Positions 1 to 10,422 are shown, counted from the first letter of the stretch. The stretch: DNA of 64,000 nt from Candidatus Berkelbacteria bacterium (GCA_029865605.1 JAOUGE010000003.1:21797-85796), one strand, 5' to 3'. Program-made: numbers and translations. The notes: a model not told the origin generated them from the letters alone.

Positions 1-34
1 GACCAATCCACAAGAAGAAAAAATAACTAGTTTA

Positions 35-709
35 ATGGAAAAACTCAATCTCGAGTTTAAAAACCCGGATCTTTTTAGGAATGCCTTCGTTCACAGATCA
101 TATTTGAATGAAAACAAGGATTTCAATCTAGAAAATAATGAAAGATTAGAATTTTTAGGAGATGCGGTATTAGAATTAGTCGTTACCGAGCACCTTTATG
201 AAAAATTTAAGATGCCGGAGGGGAAATTGACTGCGCTTCGCTCTGCTTTAGTTCGAGGAAAAAATCTCTCTTATATTGCGCGGAAGCTCAGGCTGCTAGA
301 TCACATTTACTTAAGTGCCGGGGAAAAGGCGGGGTCGGATAAGGCAAAAGATTTGATTCTCGCAAATTGTCTTGAGGCAGTAATAGGCGCGATTTACCTC
401 GACCTAGGATATGAACAGACAAAAAAATTTATCGAAAACAGCCTTCTTCCAACTTTAGATAAGATAATTGACGAAAAGCTTTATTTAGACGCAAAAAGTG
501 AGTTTCAAGAGAAAGTCCAAGAGGAAATGAAAGTCACTCCATTCTACAAAGTACACCAAGAGCAAGGGCCGGATCACAATAAAAGCTTTACTAGCGGAGT
601 CTATGTTAATGACGAGTTAGTCGCAACGGGCGACGGTGCATCTAAATCAGAATCAGAAGAAAGAGCAGCGAGAGCTGCTTTAGAAAAGCTATTCAATAAT
701 CCGGCGTAG
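35..709 (+). CDS. rnc: Ribonuclease III
   Basis: 224 aa; RNase III signature ERLEFLGDAVLELVV and C-terminal dsRBD-like region. Confidence 0.9.
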   Translation: MEKLNLEFKNPDLFRNAFVHRSYLNENKDFNLENNERLEFLGDAVLELVVTEHLYEKFKMPEGKLTALRSALVRGKNLSYIARKLRLLDHIYLSAGEKAGSDKAKDLILANCLEAVIGAIYLDLGYEQTKKFIENSLLPTLDKIIDEKLYLDAKSEFQEKVQEEMKVTPFYKVHQEQGPDHNKSFTSGVYVNDELVATGDGASKSESEERAARAALEKLFNNPA

Positions 710-1447
710 TTTTTTGTACTGCATATTAGCGCGAAATCTGGGCCAATCATTAGGCATCAGTTCAATCGGCAGGTTTGGTTCAGAATTCAGAATAAAGGCA
801 TAGTTTAAAATCATTTTTTTCGCTTCTAGTTTGTCTTTTAGAGTAATGACGTTTTCTGATTCATCAATGAACTCCTCATACATTTTCCTAAATTTTTCAA
901 AGTCCCAAATTTTTATTAATTCTTGATTTAATTCCGTCTGCTCGCAGATTAAAATGAGATAATTTTTAACACCTAATCTCTCTGCTATTTTGGAGATATT
1001 GCTCTTGCAATCCTTTGGCGACACCCAAAGACTATTAAGATAAGGCTTCAATCCGATAGATTCTAAATATCTTCTAAATTTATCCCTGATAAATCGTTTC
1101 TTCTCTGGAATGCTGAAGCTTACGAACCTCCACTTTCCGTCCCAATGCGACACTCCATTATGAATCACATCAAGAATCCTATTTAGGTAGCTAAACCCTT
1201 TTTCCGAGAGAGAGAAAAACACTAAGCCATCGATATTCTTTTTTACTATCAAGCCCATGGATTCCATTTTCCCGACTGTACCTCGAAACGTACCAGAGGG
1301 CCATAGCTTAAAATCTCGAAGAGATACAGAACCCTTTTCTTCTAAAATAACAAGCAGCTCATAAAGTGGACTTAATTTCATTTTGACCCCGTTGTGAGAA
1401 AATGTGAAACCACTGTAGCAAAATTTACGATCGTAAGTCAACATCAA
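689..1447 (-). CDS. PaaX-family transcriptional regulator (winged-helix N-term, PaaX_C-like C-term)
   Basis: 252 aa; overall resemblance to PaaX-like regulators (WPSGTFRG, ...GLKPY...WVSP motifs); convergent 21-nt overlap with rnc. Confidence 0.55.
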   Translation of the reverse strand: MMLTYDRKFCYSGFTFSHNGVKMKLSPLYELLVILEEKGSVSLRDFKLWPSGTFRGTVGKMESMGLIVKKNIDGLVFFSLSEKGFSYLNRILDVIHNGVSHWDGKWRFVSFSIPEKKRFIRDKFRRYLESIGLKPYLNSLWVSPKDCKSNISKIAERLGVKNYLILICEQTELNQELIKIWDFEKFRKMYEEFIDESENVITLKDKLEAKKMILNYAFILNSEPNLPIELMPNDWPRFRANMQYKKLRRIIE

Positions 1448-1497
1448 ATTTTGATCGTAGGGTCAGATATACCGACTAGGCAAGTGGAGTTCAGCTA

Positions 1498-2427
1498 TTA
1501 AAAAACAAATGAATTAAATCCCCACTCGAGAAGCTTTTGGGTTTCGACTGCACTAGCTGCCTTGGTGTCATACTTTGTCTTTAAAACCACGCTGACCAGA
1601 GTAATCTCGTTTCTTGTGGCAGCACATACAAGAGTATGTCCGGCGCTATACGTAAATCCCGTCTTCCCACCGATAACCCCTGCAAGCTCTATCTCACCAT
1701 TAACTAATCTATTTGAGTTTTCTAAAGGATGAGATATTTGTTCGTCAACAGATTTAATTTCGATCTTCCCAGTCTTTATTCTTTTTAAAATGCCTTCGTT
1801 CTTTATCGCTTGAGAAAAAAGGATTGTCACCTCTCGAGCAGTAGAAAAACCGCTGTCATTCAAGCCGGCTGGATCCTTAAATCTAGTATCTACAAGCCCA
1901 ATTTCCTCGGCCTTTTGATTCATAAGCGATATGAATTCATCTTCTGTTGTCTTGGCGTTAGCTATCGCTTTAGCAGCATCATTACCCGAGTTAACCAGTA
2001 ATCCATACAGAAGATTGCCGTAAGTTATTTTTTCACCACTAAGAAGATTGATTTTTGAGCCTTCTACATTCAGATACTCCGGTTTTATTTCAACAACCTC
2101 GTCTTCTCCAAAGAGACCGGCGCTAACAAGCGCGGTCATAATCTTAGTTATTGAGGCGATAGGTACTCTAGTTCCCGAGTTTTTATCGTAGAGTACGTAT
2201 TTATTGGAGTTTAAAATCAAAACCGCTGATTCAGCAAGGATTTGAGGTTCTTTTGCTCCAGCCTTCATAACTGGTGGCTTCTGGGGAACCACGACTTTTT
2301 CTTTATAGTAATTAACGGATGAACCTAGAACTTGGCCGGTTTCGTCGCTAAAATATATAAATTTAGCAAGAAGACCAATGCCAACCAAAATAGTAACTAA
2401 CAAAAAAGAAATGATCGTCTTTTTCAT
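1498..2427 (-). CDS. D-alanyl-D-alanine carboxypeptidase (S11/PBP5 family)
   Basis: 309 aa; N-terminal TM/signal; SxxK (ASITKIMTA), SxN (NSGND), KTG (GKTGFT) active-site triad. Confidence 0.8.
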   Translation of the reverse strand: MKKTIISFLLVTILVGIGLLAKFIYFSDETGQVLGSSVNYYKEKVVVPQKPPVMKAGAKEPQILAESAVLILNSNKYVLYDKNSGTRVPIASITKIMTALVSAGLFGEDEVVEIKPEYLNVEGSKINLLSGEKITYGNLLYGLLVNSGNDAAKAIANAKTTEDEFISLMNQKAEEIGLVDTRFKDPAGLNDSGFSTAREVTILFSQAIKNEGILKRIKTGKIEIKSVDEQISHPLENSNRLVNGEIELAGVIGGKTGFTYSAGHTLVCAATRNEITLVSVVLKTKYDTKAASAVETQKLLEWGFNSFVF

Positions 2428-2801
2428 GTCTTGGGGTGTCTCCCTTGCATTGAGAAAAAGATTTCAATTAAAAGCAGGGCTAAAAGAAACGATAAAATAC
2501 TAATAAAATTGATCACATTCAATGCCGAGAATGCACCTATACCACCAATAAGAATTGCTGTAAGGATAGATCTCCGTAAAGCGGTGTTAATAAAGCGACC
2601 ATCAGTGGTTTTTTTAGAAATATACTGGTATAAAAGCGTAAAAAAGAAAATCAAAGCTGACAAGGCTCCTACCCCAAATAAAAAAAACCCCGCCTTTGTT
2701 ACAGGCGAAGAGCTTAGGGGACTTGTATTAAAAATTATAACTAATTCCACTCCCAACAAAACTAAAAATATAGAAATTGCGATGAAAAATTTTTCTGTCA
2801 T
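2424..2801 (-). CDS. hypothetical integral membrane protein (4 predicted TM helices)
   Basis: 125 aa hydrophobic ORF co-directional and 4-nt overlapped with neighbours; the antisense ORF 2431..2811 judged spurious. Confidence 0.45.
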   Translation of the reverse strand: MTEKFFIAISIFLVLLGVELVIIFNTSPLSSSPVTKAGFFLFGVGALSALIFFFTLLYQYISKKTTDGRFINTALRRSILTAILIGGIGAFSALNVINFISILSFLLALLLIEIFFSMQGRHPKT

Positions 2802-3073
2802 TTTTCTATGAAAAAAACTCTGGGAAGGAACTTCGTTTCAAAAAAATTTTTCAAATATTCTGTTACTAGCTTACTATTCTGATTTATTCTATTCATATCA
2901 ACCTTATCTTCATCAAGAGATTCTATAAATACACTCGCTCTTCTCAAGTCTTCAGACAATACTACCTCAGAGACACAAACCAATCCAGTTTTATCAGCAT
3001 TTTCAGTAAAAAACTTACTCAAAGCTTTTTTTAAATAAGAAGTTAGTCTTTCTCTCCTTAGCGAGATTTCCAT
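2798..3073 (-). CDS. rbfA: ribosome-binding factor A
   Basis: 91 aa; pattern GLVCVSEVVLSEDLRRASVFI ... KFLPRVFF matches RbfA core (GxxTVTxVExSxDLxxAxVY ... LRxxPELxF). Confidence 0.55.
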   Translation of the reverse strand: MEISLRRERLTSYLKKALSKFFTENADKTGLVCVSEVVLSEDLRRASVFIESLDEDKVDMNRINQNSKLVTEYLKNFFETKFLPRVFFIEK

Positions 3074-3078
3074 TTATC

Positions 3079-3453
3079 TTATCTTTTTTGCCATTGAGGA
3101 GCTCGACGAGCTCTTTTTAGGCCGGGTTTTTTTCTTTCCTTTTTTCTAGCGTCTCTAGTCATTAAGCCCTGTTTTTTAAGATTTTTTTCGAAATCCTGGT
3201 TTATCTTAGACAGTGCTCTGGCAATTCCTAAGATAGCAGCTTCTTTCTGAGAGATTTTACCGCCGCCCTTTAACACAAGGGTAACGTCAAAATTTTTAGA
3301 CTGATCGAGCAAATCAAAAGGCTTTTTGATCTCATCAAAATGTTTTTCGTCTATCTTACCGCCCTTCACTTCAATAAGGCCACTTCCCTTTTTGATTCTT
3401 GCTTGGGCGACCGCTGTTTTCCTTCTGCCGATTCCAAAATAGTATTTTTCCAT
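3079..3453 (-). CDS. rpsI: 30S ribosomal protein S9
   Basis: 124 aa; GRRKTAVAQ... C-terminal ...RRAPQWQKR. Confidence 0.9.
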   Translation of the reverse strand: MEKYYFGIGRRKTAVAQARIKKGSGLIEVKGGKIDEKHFDEIKKPFDLLDQSKNFDVTLVLKGGGKISQKEAAILGIARALSKINQDFEKNLKKQGLMTRDARKKERKKPGLKRARRAPQWQKR

Positions 3454-3800
3454 CAGCTACCTTTAAATTTAATTTTTTTAAGCCTGGGTTTTTTTAGCCT
3501 GTTATTAGGCAACATTCCGGCAACGACTGCTTTAAAATAAGACTTCGGATCTTTATCGATCAAATCCTGTGCTTTAATAGTTTTTAAATTTCCCAAATAT
3601 CCGCTGTGTTTAAAATAAGCCTTTTTAGAAATCTTCTTGGTATCAAGGGCAATGTCTTCAATGTTTTCAATAACAAGCTCAACTTCTACGACTTTATTTG
3701 CCGAGAAGGAGACACTGTCTTTGCCAAGCAATATTTTAGCTGCTTCTGAGGCTGCTCTGCCGATGGGGATATTTTTAACATCAAGCCTTACTGTCTTCAT
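3453..3800 (-). CDS. rplM: 50S ribosomal protein L13
   Basis: 115 aa; MKT...IGRAASEAAKILLGKD matches L13 N-term (GRLASxVAxxLRGK); conserved rplM-rpsI pair. Confidence 0.8.
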   Translation of the reverse strand: MKTVRLDVKNIPIGRAASEAAKILLGKDSVSFSANKVVEVELVIENIEDIALDTKKISKKAYFKHSGYLGNLKTIKAQDLIDKDPKSYFKAVVAGMLPNNRLKKPRLKKIKFKGS

Positions 3801-4155
3801 TTTTCTTTGCTTTTTTATCTTTCAGTTGTTTAGATTCACTTTTTATAAGGATGACTTTCTCCAGCGGAGCACTGTCTCCGGACCTATATCCAAGTTTATA
3901 TGAAGTAATACCCGTAAAGACCCCCCCTTCATTAACAGCTTTCTTTTGCGCACCAGCATAGAGAAACAGCTTTATCTTCCTAATATCAGTTGCCTCGAAT
4001 TTGCTTTTCTTCAGGAATTCAATCATTCTAGACGCTTCCTGTTTTAATGTTCTAGCTTTATCTCGCGTTGTAATAATACTTTCATTTATAATTAAGCTAC
4101 TGAGCTGATTCCGTAGTAATCTTTGTGAATTCGACCTCGACTTTGAATGTTTCAT
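3781..4155 (-). CDS. rplQ: 50S ribosomal protein L17
   Basis: 124 aa; MKHSKSRSNSQRLLRNQLSSLIINESIITT matches L17 N-term; follows rpoA as in canonical alpha operon. Confidence 0.9.
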   Translation of the reverse strand: MKHSKSRSNSQRLLRNQLSSLIINESIITTRDKARTLKQEASRMIEFLKKSKFEATDIRKIKLFLYAGAQKKAVNEGGVFTGITSYKLGYRSGDSAPLEKVILIKSESKQLKDKKAKKNEDSKA

Positions 4156-4898
4156 TTAGTTTTTTTACCTTTTTGTTTTTTCACTTTTAACCCGGGGAGT
4201 TGATCACAGGCGGTTATGACTATTTGCAAATGTTCACTCATAATTTGAGCCGCCGTTTGCAGGGCTTGGGCGGGTGAAACAGAGCCGTCGGTTGTTATTT
4301 CAATCGTCAATTTGTTGTAATTAGTCATTCCTCCCACTCGAGCATTTTCAACATCGAATCGCACCTTTTTTACCGGTGTGTAAACGCTATCAACCATAAT
4401 CGTTCCGATGGGCGCTTTTTCCTCAGTCCTTTTTTCAATCGGTACATAGCCTCTGCCTTTATCGATATTAATTTCTAGCTCAAGTTTCCCACTTTTTTCA
4501 ATCGTGCAAAGGTAGTAGGATTTATCCGTTAATTCAACCGATGCATTTTTACCAAAGTCATCAGCCGTCACTTTTTTGGGGCCCTTAATTGCAAGCTTAA
4601 GGCTGGCTTCGTCTGCTCCAACAAGCTTTAACCTCATGGCCTTCAAGTTTAAGACTAAATCAACTACGTCTTCTTTCACACCCTTAATCACAGAATATTC
4701 ATGATCCACGCCGTTAATTTTGATTGACTTAATCGCAAATCCCTCAAGAGAGGCAAGTAATATTCTCCTTAAAGTGTTCCCGACTGTTACACCATAACCT
4801 GGGGAAAGAGGTTCAATAGTAAAAACCCCTGTCCTCCCATCTTTTGAAAGTGCCGATTTTACCTCCAGCAAGTTGAGATCGGGTAATGTATATTCCAT
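4152..4898 (-). CDS. rpoA: DNA-directed RNA polymerase subunit alpha (N-terminal domain only)
   Basis: 248 aa; GYGVTVGNTLRRILLASLEGFAI alpha-NTD signature; no alpha-CTD encoded before rplQ. Confidence 0.9.
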   Translation of the reverse strand: MEYTLPDLNLLEVKSALSKDGRTGVFTIEPLSPGYGVTVGNTLRRILLASLEGFAIKSIKINGVDHEYSVIKGVKEDVVDLVLNLKAMRLKLVGADEASLKLAIKGPKKVTADDFGKNASVELTDKSYYLCTIEKSGKLELEINIDKGRGYVPIEKRTEEKAPIGTIMVDSVYTPVKKVRFDVENARVGGMTNYNKLTIEITTDGSVSPAQALQTAAQIMSEHLQIVITACDQLPGLKVKKQKGKKTK

Positions 4899-4910
4899 TT
4901 ATTCTCCTCT

Positions 4911-5534
4911 TTATCTTGAATAATATTCAATTATTAGTTGCTCATTAAATTGGGAAAAGCTATCTTTTTCCGGCTGTCCTATAACTTCAACGCCACTCTC
5001 TGCTGTCAATTTGAGCCAGCTGGGTAAGTCTTTTTGGCTTATTTTTTTATCACTTGGCTTGCTGGCTGATATTTTATCGTCTATCCCAGTCTGATAAGAG
5101 GGAATATCAACAGTTTTTCCATTAATTTTTATGCCTCCATGAGTAACCAGCTGTCTCGCCTGTTTCCTGGAGGAAGCAATTTTAGCCCTGAATACGATGT
5201 TATCGAGCCTTTTTTCAAGCAGCTCAAACAGTTTGGCTCCCGTCCTGCCCCGATCGCGCCGCGCAGATACGAAATAGTTTGTCATCTGCCTCTCGCTTAC
5301 GCCATAAATTGCCCTTGCTTTCTGCTTTTCAATAAGCTGAATTAGATAGTCTGAACTCTTTTTCCCTCTTTTTCTAGGCCCGGATTCACCCGGCGAGTAA
5401 CTGCGCTTCAAGAAAGGACAGGATGGTAAATTACACTTTTCACCTTTGAGAAAAAGCTTCTCTCCCACTCTCCGGCAAATTGAACATTTATCAGTATATT
5501 TCATCAGACCCTTCTGGGTTTTTTGGCTCGACAA
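4911..5534 (-). CDS. rpsD: 30S ribosomal protein S4 (Zn-ribbon type)
   Basis: 207 aa; N-terminal CSICRRVGEKLFLKGEKCNLPSC zinc ribbon and S4 domain. Confidence 0.9.
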   Translation of the reverse strand: MSSQKTQKGLMKYTDKCSICRRVGEKLFLKGEKCNLPSCPFLKRSYSPGESGPRKRGKKSSDYLIQLIEKQKARAIYGVSERQMTNYFVSARRDRGRTGAKLFELLEKRLDNIVFRAKIASSRKQARQLVTHGGIKINGKTVDIPSYQTGIDDKISASKPSDKKISQKDLPSWLKLTAESGVEVIGQPEKDSFSQFNEQLIIEYYSR

Positions 5535-5893
5535 CCATTGTGCGGTACCGGTGTTATATCCTTAATTGAGACTATTTTAACTCCTGCCGTAGCAATTGCC
5601 CTTAAGGCGGCGTCCCTTCCGGTGGACACCCCCGAGACAAAAATTTTAACCTGCTTTACCTGAAAATCTCTTAGCCTTTCAATTAGTAATCTCGTCGCTT
5701 GAGTCGCTGCAAAAGGCGTTGACTTTTTCGTACCCTTAAACCCCGCTTTACCAGTCGAGCTCCAAGCAAGAGTTTCTCCGCTCTCTGACGTTGCCGAAAT
5801 CATCGTGTTATTAAAGGAAGATTTAATATAAATTCTGGCGGACTCAACAACCCTAGCCGTTTTTCTTTTCTTTGTGTTGGTTTTTTTAGCCAT
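5504..5893 (-). CDS. rpsK: 30S ribosomal protein S11
   Basis: 129 aa; ...ISATSESGETLAWSSTGKAGFKGTKKSTPFAA... classic S11. Confidence 0.9.
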   Translation of the reverse strand: MAKKTNTKKRKTARVVESARIYIKSSFNNTMISATSESGETLAWSSTGKAGFKGTKKSTPFAATQATRLLIERLRDFQVKQVKIFVSGVSTGRDAALRAIATAGVKIVSIKDITPVPHNGCRAKKPRRV

Positions 5894-5896
5894 GGC

Positions 5897-6283
5897 TTAT
5901 GTCTTTTCAGCAGTTTTCTTCCTGCCCGATCCAACAGTCACCTTTTTCCCTCTTTTCGTTCTTGCATTAGTTTTTGTTCTTTGACCGCGAACAGGAAGAT
6001 TTTTGATGTGACGAGTCCCCCTATAAGAGCCAATATCTTTTAGCCTTCTGATATTTTGAGAGATGACCAACTTCAAATCACCTTCAACCTTTAACTTCTT
6101 CTCTATATTATTTCTAATTATTTCGATTTTATTTTCGGGGAGATTTTTAAGTTTTTCGTCAGCCGAGACGCCTGAGTCAACAAGAATCTTTTTAGCGGTG
6201 CTTTTACCAATGCCATAAATATGCATCAATGCAATTACCGCTCTTTTTTCCTCCGGAATAATAACGCCAGCAATTCTTATCAT
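5897..6283 (-). CDS. rpsM: 30S ribosomal protein S13
   Basis: 128 aa; MIRIAGVIIPEEKRAVIALMHIYGIGKSTAKKIL. Confidence 0.9.
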   Translation of the reverse strand: MIRIAGVIIPEEKRAVIALMHIYGIGKSTAKKILVDSGVSADEKLKNLPENKIEIIRNNIEKKLKVEGDLKLVISQNIRRLKDIGSYRGTRHIKNLPVRGQRTKTNARTKRGKKVTVGSGRKKTAEKT

Positions 6284-6285
6284 AT

Positions 6286-6414
6286 TTATCCCTGTCTTTG
6301 TTTGTGTCTGGGATTCTCACAACTAACATATACCCGCACCTTAAGGCTTTTTGTCCTTCGGCGGATAATTTTACATTTATTGCATATTCTTTTGACCGAG
6401 GCTCTTACTTTCAT
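6286..6414 (-). CDS. rpmJ: 50S ribosomal protein L36 (Zn-binding)
   Basis: Hand-translated 42-aa ORF absent from the ORF track: [42 protein letters not shown]; sits in canonical infA-rpmJ-rpsM position. Confidence 0.8.
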   Translation of the reverse strand: MKVRASVKRICNKCKIIRRRTKSLKVRVYVSCENPRHKQRQG

Positions 6415-6634
6415 TGTGATTTAGTCTTTTTACTATTCTTCCCTTGGTTAAATCATAAGGTGTCATTTCTAACTTTACCCAGTCTCCGGCAACGACCTTG
6501 ATATAATTAATCCTCATTTTGCCGGAAAGGTGGCCAAGAATTTCTTGGCCGCTTTTCAGCCTAATCTTAAATAAGGCATTTGGTAATGCCTCAATAACTT
6601 CTCCCTCAATCTCTATTATCTCACCCTGCGGCAT
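6377..6634 (-). CDS. infA: translation initiation factor IF-1
   Basis: 85 aa; S1-like core ...[35 protein letters not shown]; C-terminal extension overlaps rpmJ start by ~38 nt. Confidence 0.85.
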   Translation of the reverse strand: MPQGEIIEIEGEVIEALPNALFKIRLKSGQEILGHLSGKMRINYIKVVAGDWVKLEMTPYDLTKGRIVKRLNHNESKSLGQKNMQ

Positions 6635-6681
6635 TCAACCTCTACTCACTCAAGCCTTTATAACAAAATAAGAATAACATT

Positions 6682-7431
6682 TCACATTCTATCTGTCAAC
6701 ACCCGAGAACCGGTACTTGTAACTAAAACAGTATGTTCGAAGTGGGCGGAAGTTGAGCTATCCTTTGTTTTCACAGTCCAGCCATCATCCGACGTTTCCA
6801 CCTCGCCGCTCCCTAAAGTAGCCATAGGCTCAATCGCAAAAACCATGCCTTCCTTAATGGTTTCACCAGTACACTGCCTGCCATCACACATAATAACCGG
6901 TTTTTCATGTATAGATTTCCCGATTCCATGACCAGAAAGAGCTAAAACGGGCCTTAAATCGTATTTCTTTAAAGTTTCCCCGATTACACTTTCGATATCA
7001 CCAATCTTTGCTCCGGGTTTCACAGCTCTTATAGCCTCCTGCAAGGCCTCTCTTGTCCCTTTTATAAGCCTAAGAGCATCCCCGGATGGTTTGCCAACAA
7101 AGACAGTCTTGGCCGTATCGGCAAAATATCCGTCATATTTTACGCCCAAATCAATACCAACAACATCACCTTCCTTTATCTTTTTTGCAGAAGGAATACC
7201 ATGAACAAGTTCTTCGTTAGTCGAAACGCAAATCGCCGCCGGAAAACCGTTATATCCCAAGAAGGCGGGCTCGCCTCCCCTGGCAGAAATCAATCTTCTC
7301 GCAATTTTCTCAAGTTCGATGGTTGTCCTGCCCGCCCTGATCTCTTTTGTAAGTTGCCTTAGGGCAAATTCAGCAATAGACCCCGCTTTAGTCATCGTTT
7401 TTATTTCTTCTTTCGACTTTCTTGAAATCAT
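6682..7431 (-). CDS. map: methionine aminopeptidase type I
   Basis: 249 aa; pita-bread fold motifs (GYNGFPAAICVSTNEELVHGIP, metal ligands D/D/H/E/E). Confidence 0.9.
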   Translation of the reverse strand: MISRKSKEEIKTMTKAGSIAEFALRQLTKEIRAGRTTIELEKIARRLISARGGEPAFLGYNGFPAAICVSTNEELVHGIPSAKKIKEGDVVGIDLGVKYDGYFADTAKTVFVGKPSGDALRLIKGTREALQEAIRAVKPGAKIGDIESVIGETLKKYDLRPVLALSGHGIGKSIHEKPVIMCDGRQCTGETIKEGMVFAIEPMATLGSGEVETSDDGWTVKTKDSSTSAHFEHTVLVTSTGSRVLTDRM

Positions 7432-7434
7432 CTT

Positions 7435-8715
7435 TTAAGCAGAAATATCCTCGTAAGAACGCATAACTAACTGTGCTTTCATCGATCTGACCATTTCGAG
7501 GGTTACCGAAACGATAATTAAAATCCCCGTGCCGCCAATAGCCAGGGTTTGAATATTAGTTAAGCTTTGCATTGCGAATGGAAAAACCGCAACAATTGAT
7601 AGAAAGAACGCCCCAGCAAACGTAATCCTGTATATTACCCTAGATAGATACTCAGCCGTTTGGTTACCAGGACGTATTCCCGGCACGAAGCCACCTTGTT
7701 TCTGAAGGTTTTCGGCAATATTTTTAGGTTGAAATATTATTGATGTATAGAAGAATGTGAAGAAGAAAACAAGAACAAAAAAGGATACCCCGTAAAAAAT
7801 ATCATTTGTTAAAATACTGTTCAAATTAGCCGCAAACGATTTTATATTTTCCAGCTTCGAGGTCTGAAGAAACTGCAATATCACACCCGGAAAAACAAGG
7901 AGGCTGGTGGCAAAAATTATTGGAATTACCCCGGCCGCATTGGCTTTAATCGGAAGATAAGAATCAATCAACCCAACTGTTCTCCCCGCTCGAACCCTCC
8001 GGGCATAACTGACAGGAACACGACGCTCAGCCTCATTCATCCAAACAATAAAAGCTACCATCAAAACAGATAAGATTAATATCTCTCCACCAACTAAAAA
8101 TTTATTGCTGACGATTTGGGATGTAGCCGATACTTGAGAGGGTATACCAGCTAAAATTCCAACAGCAATAAGAAGGGAGACGCCGTTGCCGATTCCATTC
8201 TCGCTTATTATTTCGCCTAGCCACATTAACAAAACTGATCCAGCTGTCGCCACTACCATAATTAACCCAAGCGACGTTAGATCGAGCTCTTCAATTACAC
8301 CCTGCCCCTGTAAAAGTCTTATTAATCCATAGGATTCAACTAAGGCGAGAGGAACGGAAAGATATCTAGTGTATTGATTTATCTTTTGGCGGCCATATTC
8401 GCCTTCTTTCTGGAGCTCCTCAAGAGAAGGCACGGCAACTGTCAAAAGCTGAATTACAATGGAGGCAGTGATATATGGGCCGACACCGAGCATAACAATT
8501 GAAAAACGGCTTACAGAACCGCCAGAAAAAAGGTCTAAAAGGCCTAAAATCTGATTATTTTCGAAAAAACTAGCCAGCCCGGCAGCATTAACGTGAGGCA
8601 AGGGGACATGAGCCAATAAACGAAATATTACTATTAGAAGAACTGTAAATAATATCCTGTTGCGAAGATCTTTAAGCTGAAATATTCTTTTTAAAATACC
8701 AATTGCTTTATTCAT
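7435..8715 (-). CDS. secY: preprotein translocase subunit SecY
   Basis: 426 aa, 10-TM protein in spc operon position. Confidence 0.9.
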   Translation of the reverse strand: MNKAIGILKRIFQLKDLRNRILFTVLLIVIFRLLAHVPLPHVNAAGLASFFENNQILGLLDLFSGGSVSRFSIVMLGVGPYITASIVIQLLTVAVPSLEELQKEGEYGRQKINQYTRYLSVPLALVESYGLIRLLQGQGVIEELDLTSLGLIMVVATAGSVLLMWLGEIISENGIGNGVSLLIAVGILAGIPSQVSATSQIVSNKFLVGGEILILSVLMVAFIVWMNEAERRVPVSYARRVRAGRTVGLIDSYLPIKANAAGVIPIIFATSLLVFPGVILQFLQTSKLENIKSFAANLNSILTNDIFYGVSFFVLVFFFTFFYTSIIFQPKNIAENLQKQGGFVPGIRPGNQTAEYLSRVIYRITFAGAFFLSIVAVFPFAMQSLTNIQTLAIGGTGILIIVSVTLEMVRSMKAQLVMRSYEDISA

Positions 8716-9136
8716 TCTCAGCTTTCTTCACCTTAAAAGAAAGCGGTTTACTAAATAAAACGTCCTCCCTCAAAGAGGATTTAAATTCCTCTCGGCCTCT
8801 TACAATTTTTATTTTTCTAATTTTCTTGGCGCTTTGAGTGTCAAGCTTTTCTAGAATTTCTTTTTCCCCTATTATGCTCCCCGCCTTAAACCAACTATTT
8901 AATTTGTCCGTAGTCAGTGTTAACTGACCCGAACCACCTCTTGCCTTAAAGCCCTTTGCCTTCGGTAACCGCATCCCAATGCTTGTTTGGCCGCCCTCGA
9001 AAAAACCGGTTCTTCTACCTGCCCTTGATTTCTGCCCGCTCATTCCTCTACCAGCAGTCTTTCCCCTACCACTGGATGTACCACGACCAAGACGCTTTCT
9101 TCTTTTAACAGTTTTGACAACTTTCAAATTAGTCAT
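8708..9136 (-). CDS. rplO: 50S ribosomal protein L15
   Basis: 142 aa; G/R-rich N-term [17 protein letters not shown]...; directly followed by rpsE (no rpmD/L30 between). Confidence 0.9.
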   Translation of the reverse strand: MTNLKVVKTVKRRKRLGRGTSSGRGKTAGRGMSGQKSRAGRRTGFFEGGQTSIGMRLPKAKGFKARGGSGQLTLTTDKLNSWFKAGSIIGEKEILEKLDTQSAKKIRKIKIVRGREEFKSSLREDVLFSKPLSFKVKKAENE

Positions 9137-9575
9137 AACCTGCCTCTAAAAGACCTTCTAGGGTCGCTCTGGCTGTATTTATTTTATTTGACGAGCCCAA
9201 AGACTTAGCAACAAGATTTCTAATACCGGCGAGTTCAGCAACAGCCCTGACCACACCGCCGGCTATGATTGATGTTCCTTCAGGAGCAGGCCTCAACAAA
9301 ACCTTCGATGAGTGAAAAGAAGACAGAACCTCTTTTGAGATAGTGCCGTCCTTATTGATTTTGATATTTTTCAAATTTCTTTTGGCCTGGGACGTCGCCT
9401 TTTGGATAGAAACTGATACATCATTGGCTTTTCCGATTCCGATACCCGCTCTGCCAGACTTATCGCCCACAATAACAAGCGCCCTAAAACCAATTCTTTT
9501 CCCACCCTTAACAGTCCGGCTTACCCTGTTCAGCTCAATTACCTTTTCCGTAAAAATATCTTTCCGTTCTTCCAT
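9129..9575 (-). CDS. rpsE: 30S ribosomal protein S5
   Basis: 148 aa; [34 protein letters not shown]. Confidence 0.9.
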   Translation of the reverse strand: MEERKDIFTEKVIELNRVSRTVKGGKRIGFRALVIVGDKSGRAGIGIGKANDVSVSIQKATSQAKRNLKNIKINKDGTISKEVLSSFHSSKVLLRPAPEGTSIIAGGVVRAVAELAGIRNLVAKSLGSSNKINTARATLEGLLEAGYD

Positions 9576-9577
9576 CT

Positions 9578-9844
9578 TTAAAACTCCAATCCACTTTCTC
9601 TCAAGCCTTCAGCGAATGCTTTAATATTACCGTGATATTTTCTTTTGCCTCGGTTGTATAAAACGGTTTTGGCTTTTAGTTTCATAACTAAACCGGCAAA
9701 ATCCTTACCAAATTCAAACGATTGCTCTACTGGTTTCTTGCCTGTTTTATACAAATATCTCTTAGAAAATAAAACGCGGCTCGAATCTCTAAGCTGGGCA
9801 TAAATTGCCGAAGATGACCTGTGAACCAGAATTTCTTTTTTCAT
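9578..9844 (-). CDS. rplR: 50S ribosomal protein L18
   Basis: 88 aa; C-term ...YHGNIKAFAEGLRESGLEF matches L18 (YHGRVKALAEAAREAGLEF); N-term shorter than typical. Confidence 0.8.
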   Translation of the reverse strand: MKKEILVHRSSSAIYAQLRDSSRVLFSKRYLYKTGKKPVEQSFEFGKDFAGLVMKLKAKTVLYNRGKRKYHGNIKAFAEGLRESGLEF

Positions 9845-9847
9845 AAA

Positions 9848-10399
9848 CTAAGCTCCCGTCGCCGTAGCCTTTACTGCCTTTCCGACTTTTCTTATTACTT
9901 TTTCACCCAAATACCTGATTCCCTTACCTTTATATGGCTCGGGTTTTTTAATAGCGCGAATCTCGGCTGCTACTTGCCCGACTAACTGCTTATCAATCCC
10001 CCTAACTGAAATAACATTCTTTTCTACCTCAAACCCGATCCCTTCCGGGGGGCTGACAGAAACATCATGGGAAAAACCGACCCGAAGCTTTAAAACTCCG
10101 TCTTCAATGCTAGCCCTGTAACCAACCCCAATTATTTCCAGGTCTTTCTGATACCCTTTTTCTACGCCTTCAATAGCGTTAGCAACTAAGGCTCTGGTTA
10201 AACCATGAAGTGATTTTGAAAGCTTGTCATCGGCCTTGCGTTTAATGATAATCCTATTCTCCTCAATAAGAAGCTGAACTTCATCCCTAATTTTGACCTC
10301 AAGACTTCCCAGCGGGCCATTCACAGCCAAAATGTGGTCGCTAAGTTTAACCTTAACGTCCTCGGGTATCGGTATTTCCTTTCTTCCTATTCTACTCAT
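9848..10399 (-). CDS. rplF: 50S ribosomal protein L6
   Basis: 183 aa; MSRIGRKEIPIPEDVKVKL... Confidence 0.9.
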   Translation of the reverse strand: MSRIGRKEIPIPEDVKVKLSDHILAVNGPLGSLEVKIRDEVQLLIEENRIIIKRKADDKLSKSLHGLTRALVANAIEGVEKGYQKDLEIIGVGYRASIEDGVLKLRVGFSHDVSVSPPEGIGFEVEKNVISVRGIDKQLVGQVAAEIRAIKKPEPYKGKGIRYLGEKVIRKVGKAVKATATGA

Positions 10400-10422
10400 T
10401 TTTTATCTATAGATTACGCTTT

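Noticed and set aside
1810-2001. 63-aa plus-strand ORF inside the D-Ala-D-Ala carboxypeptidase gene
   Set aside because: Antisense to a gene with clear active-site motifs.
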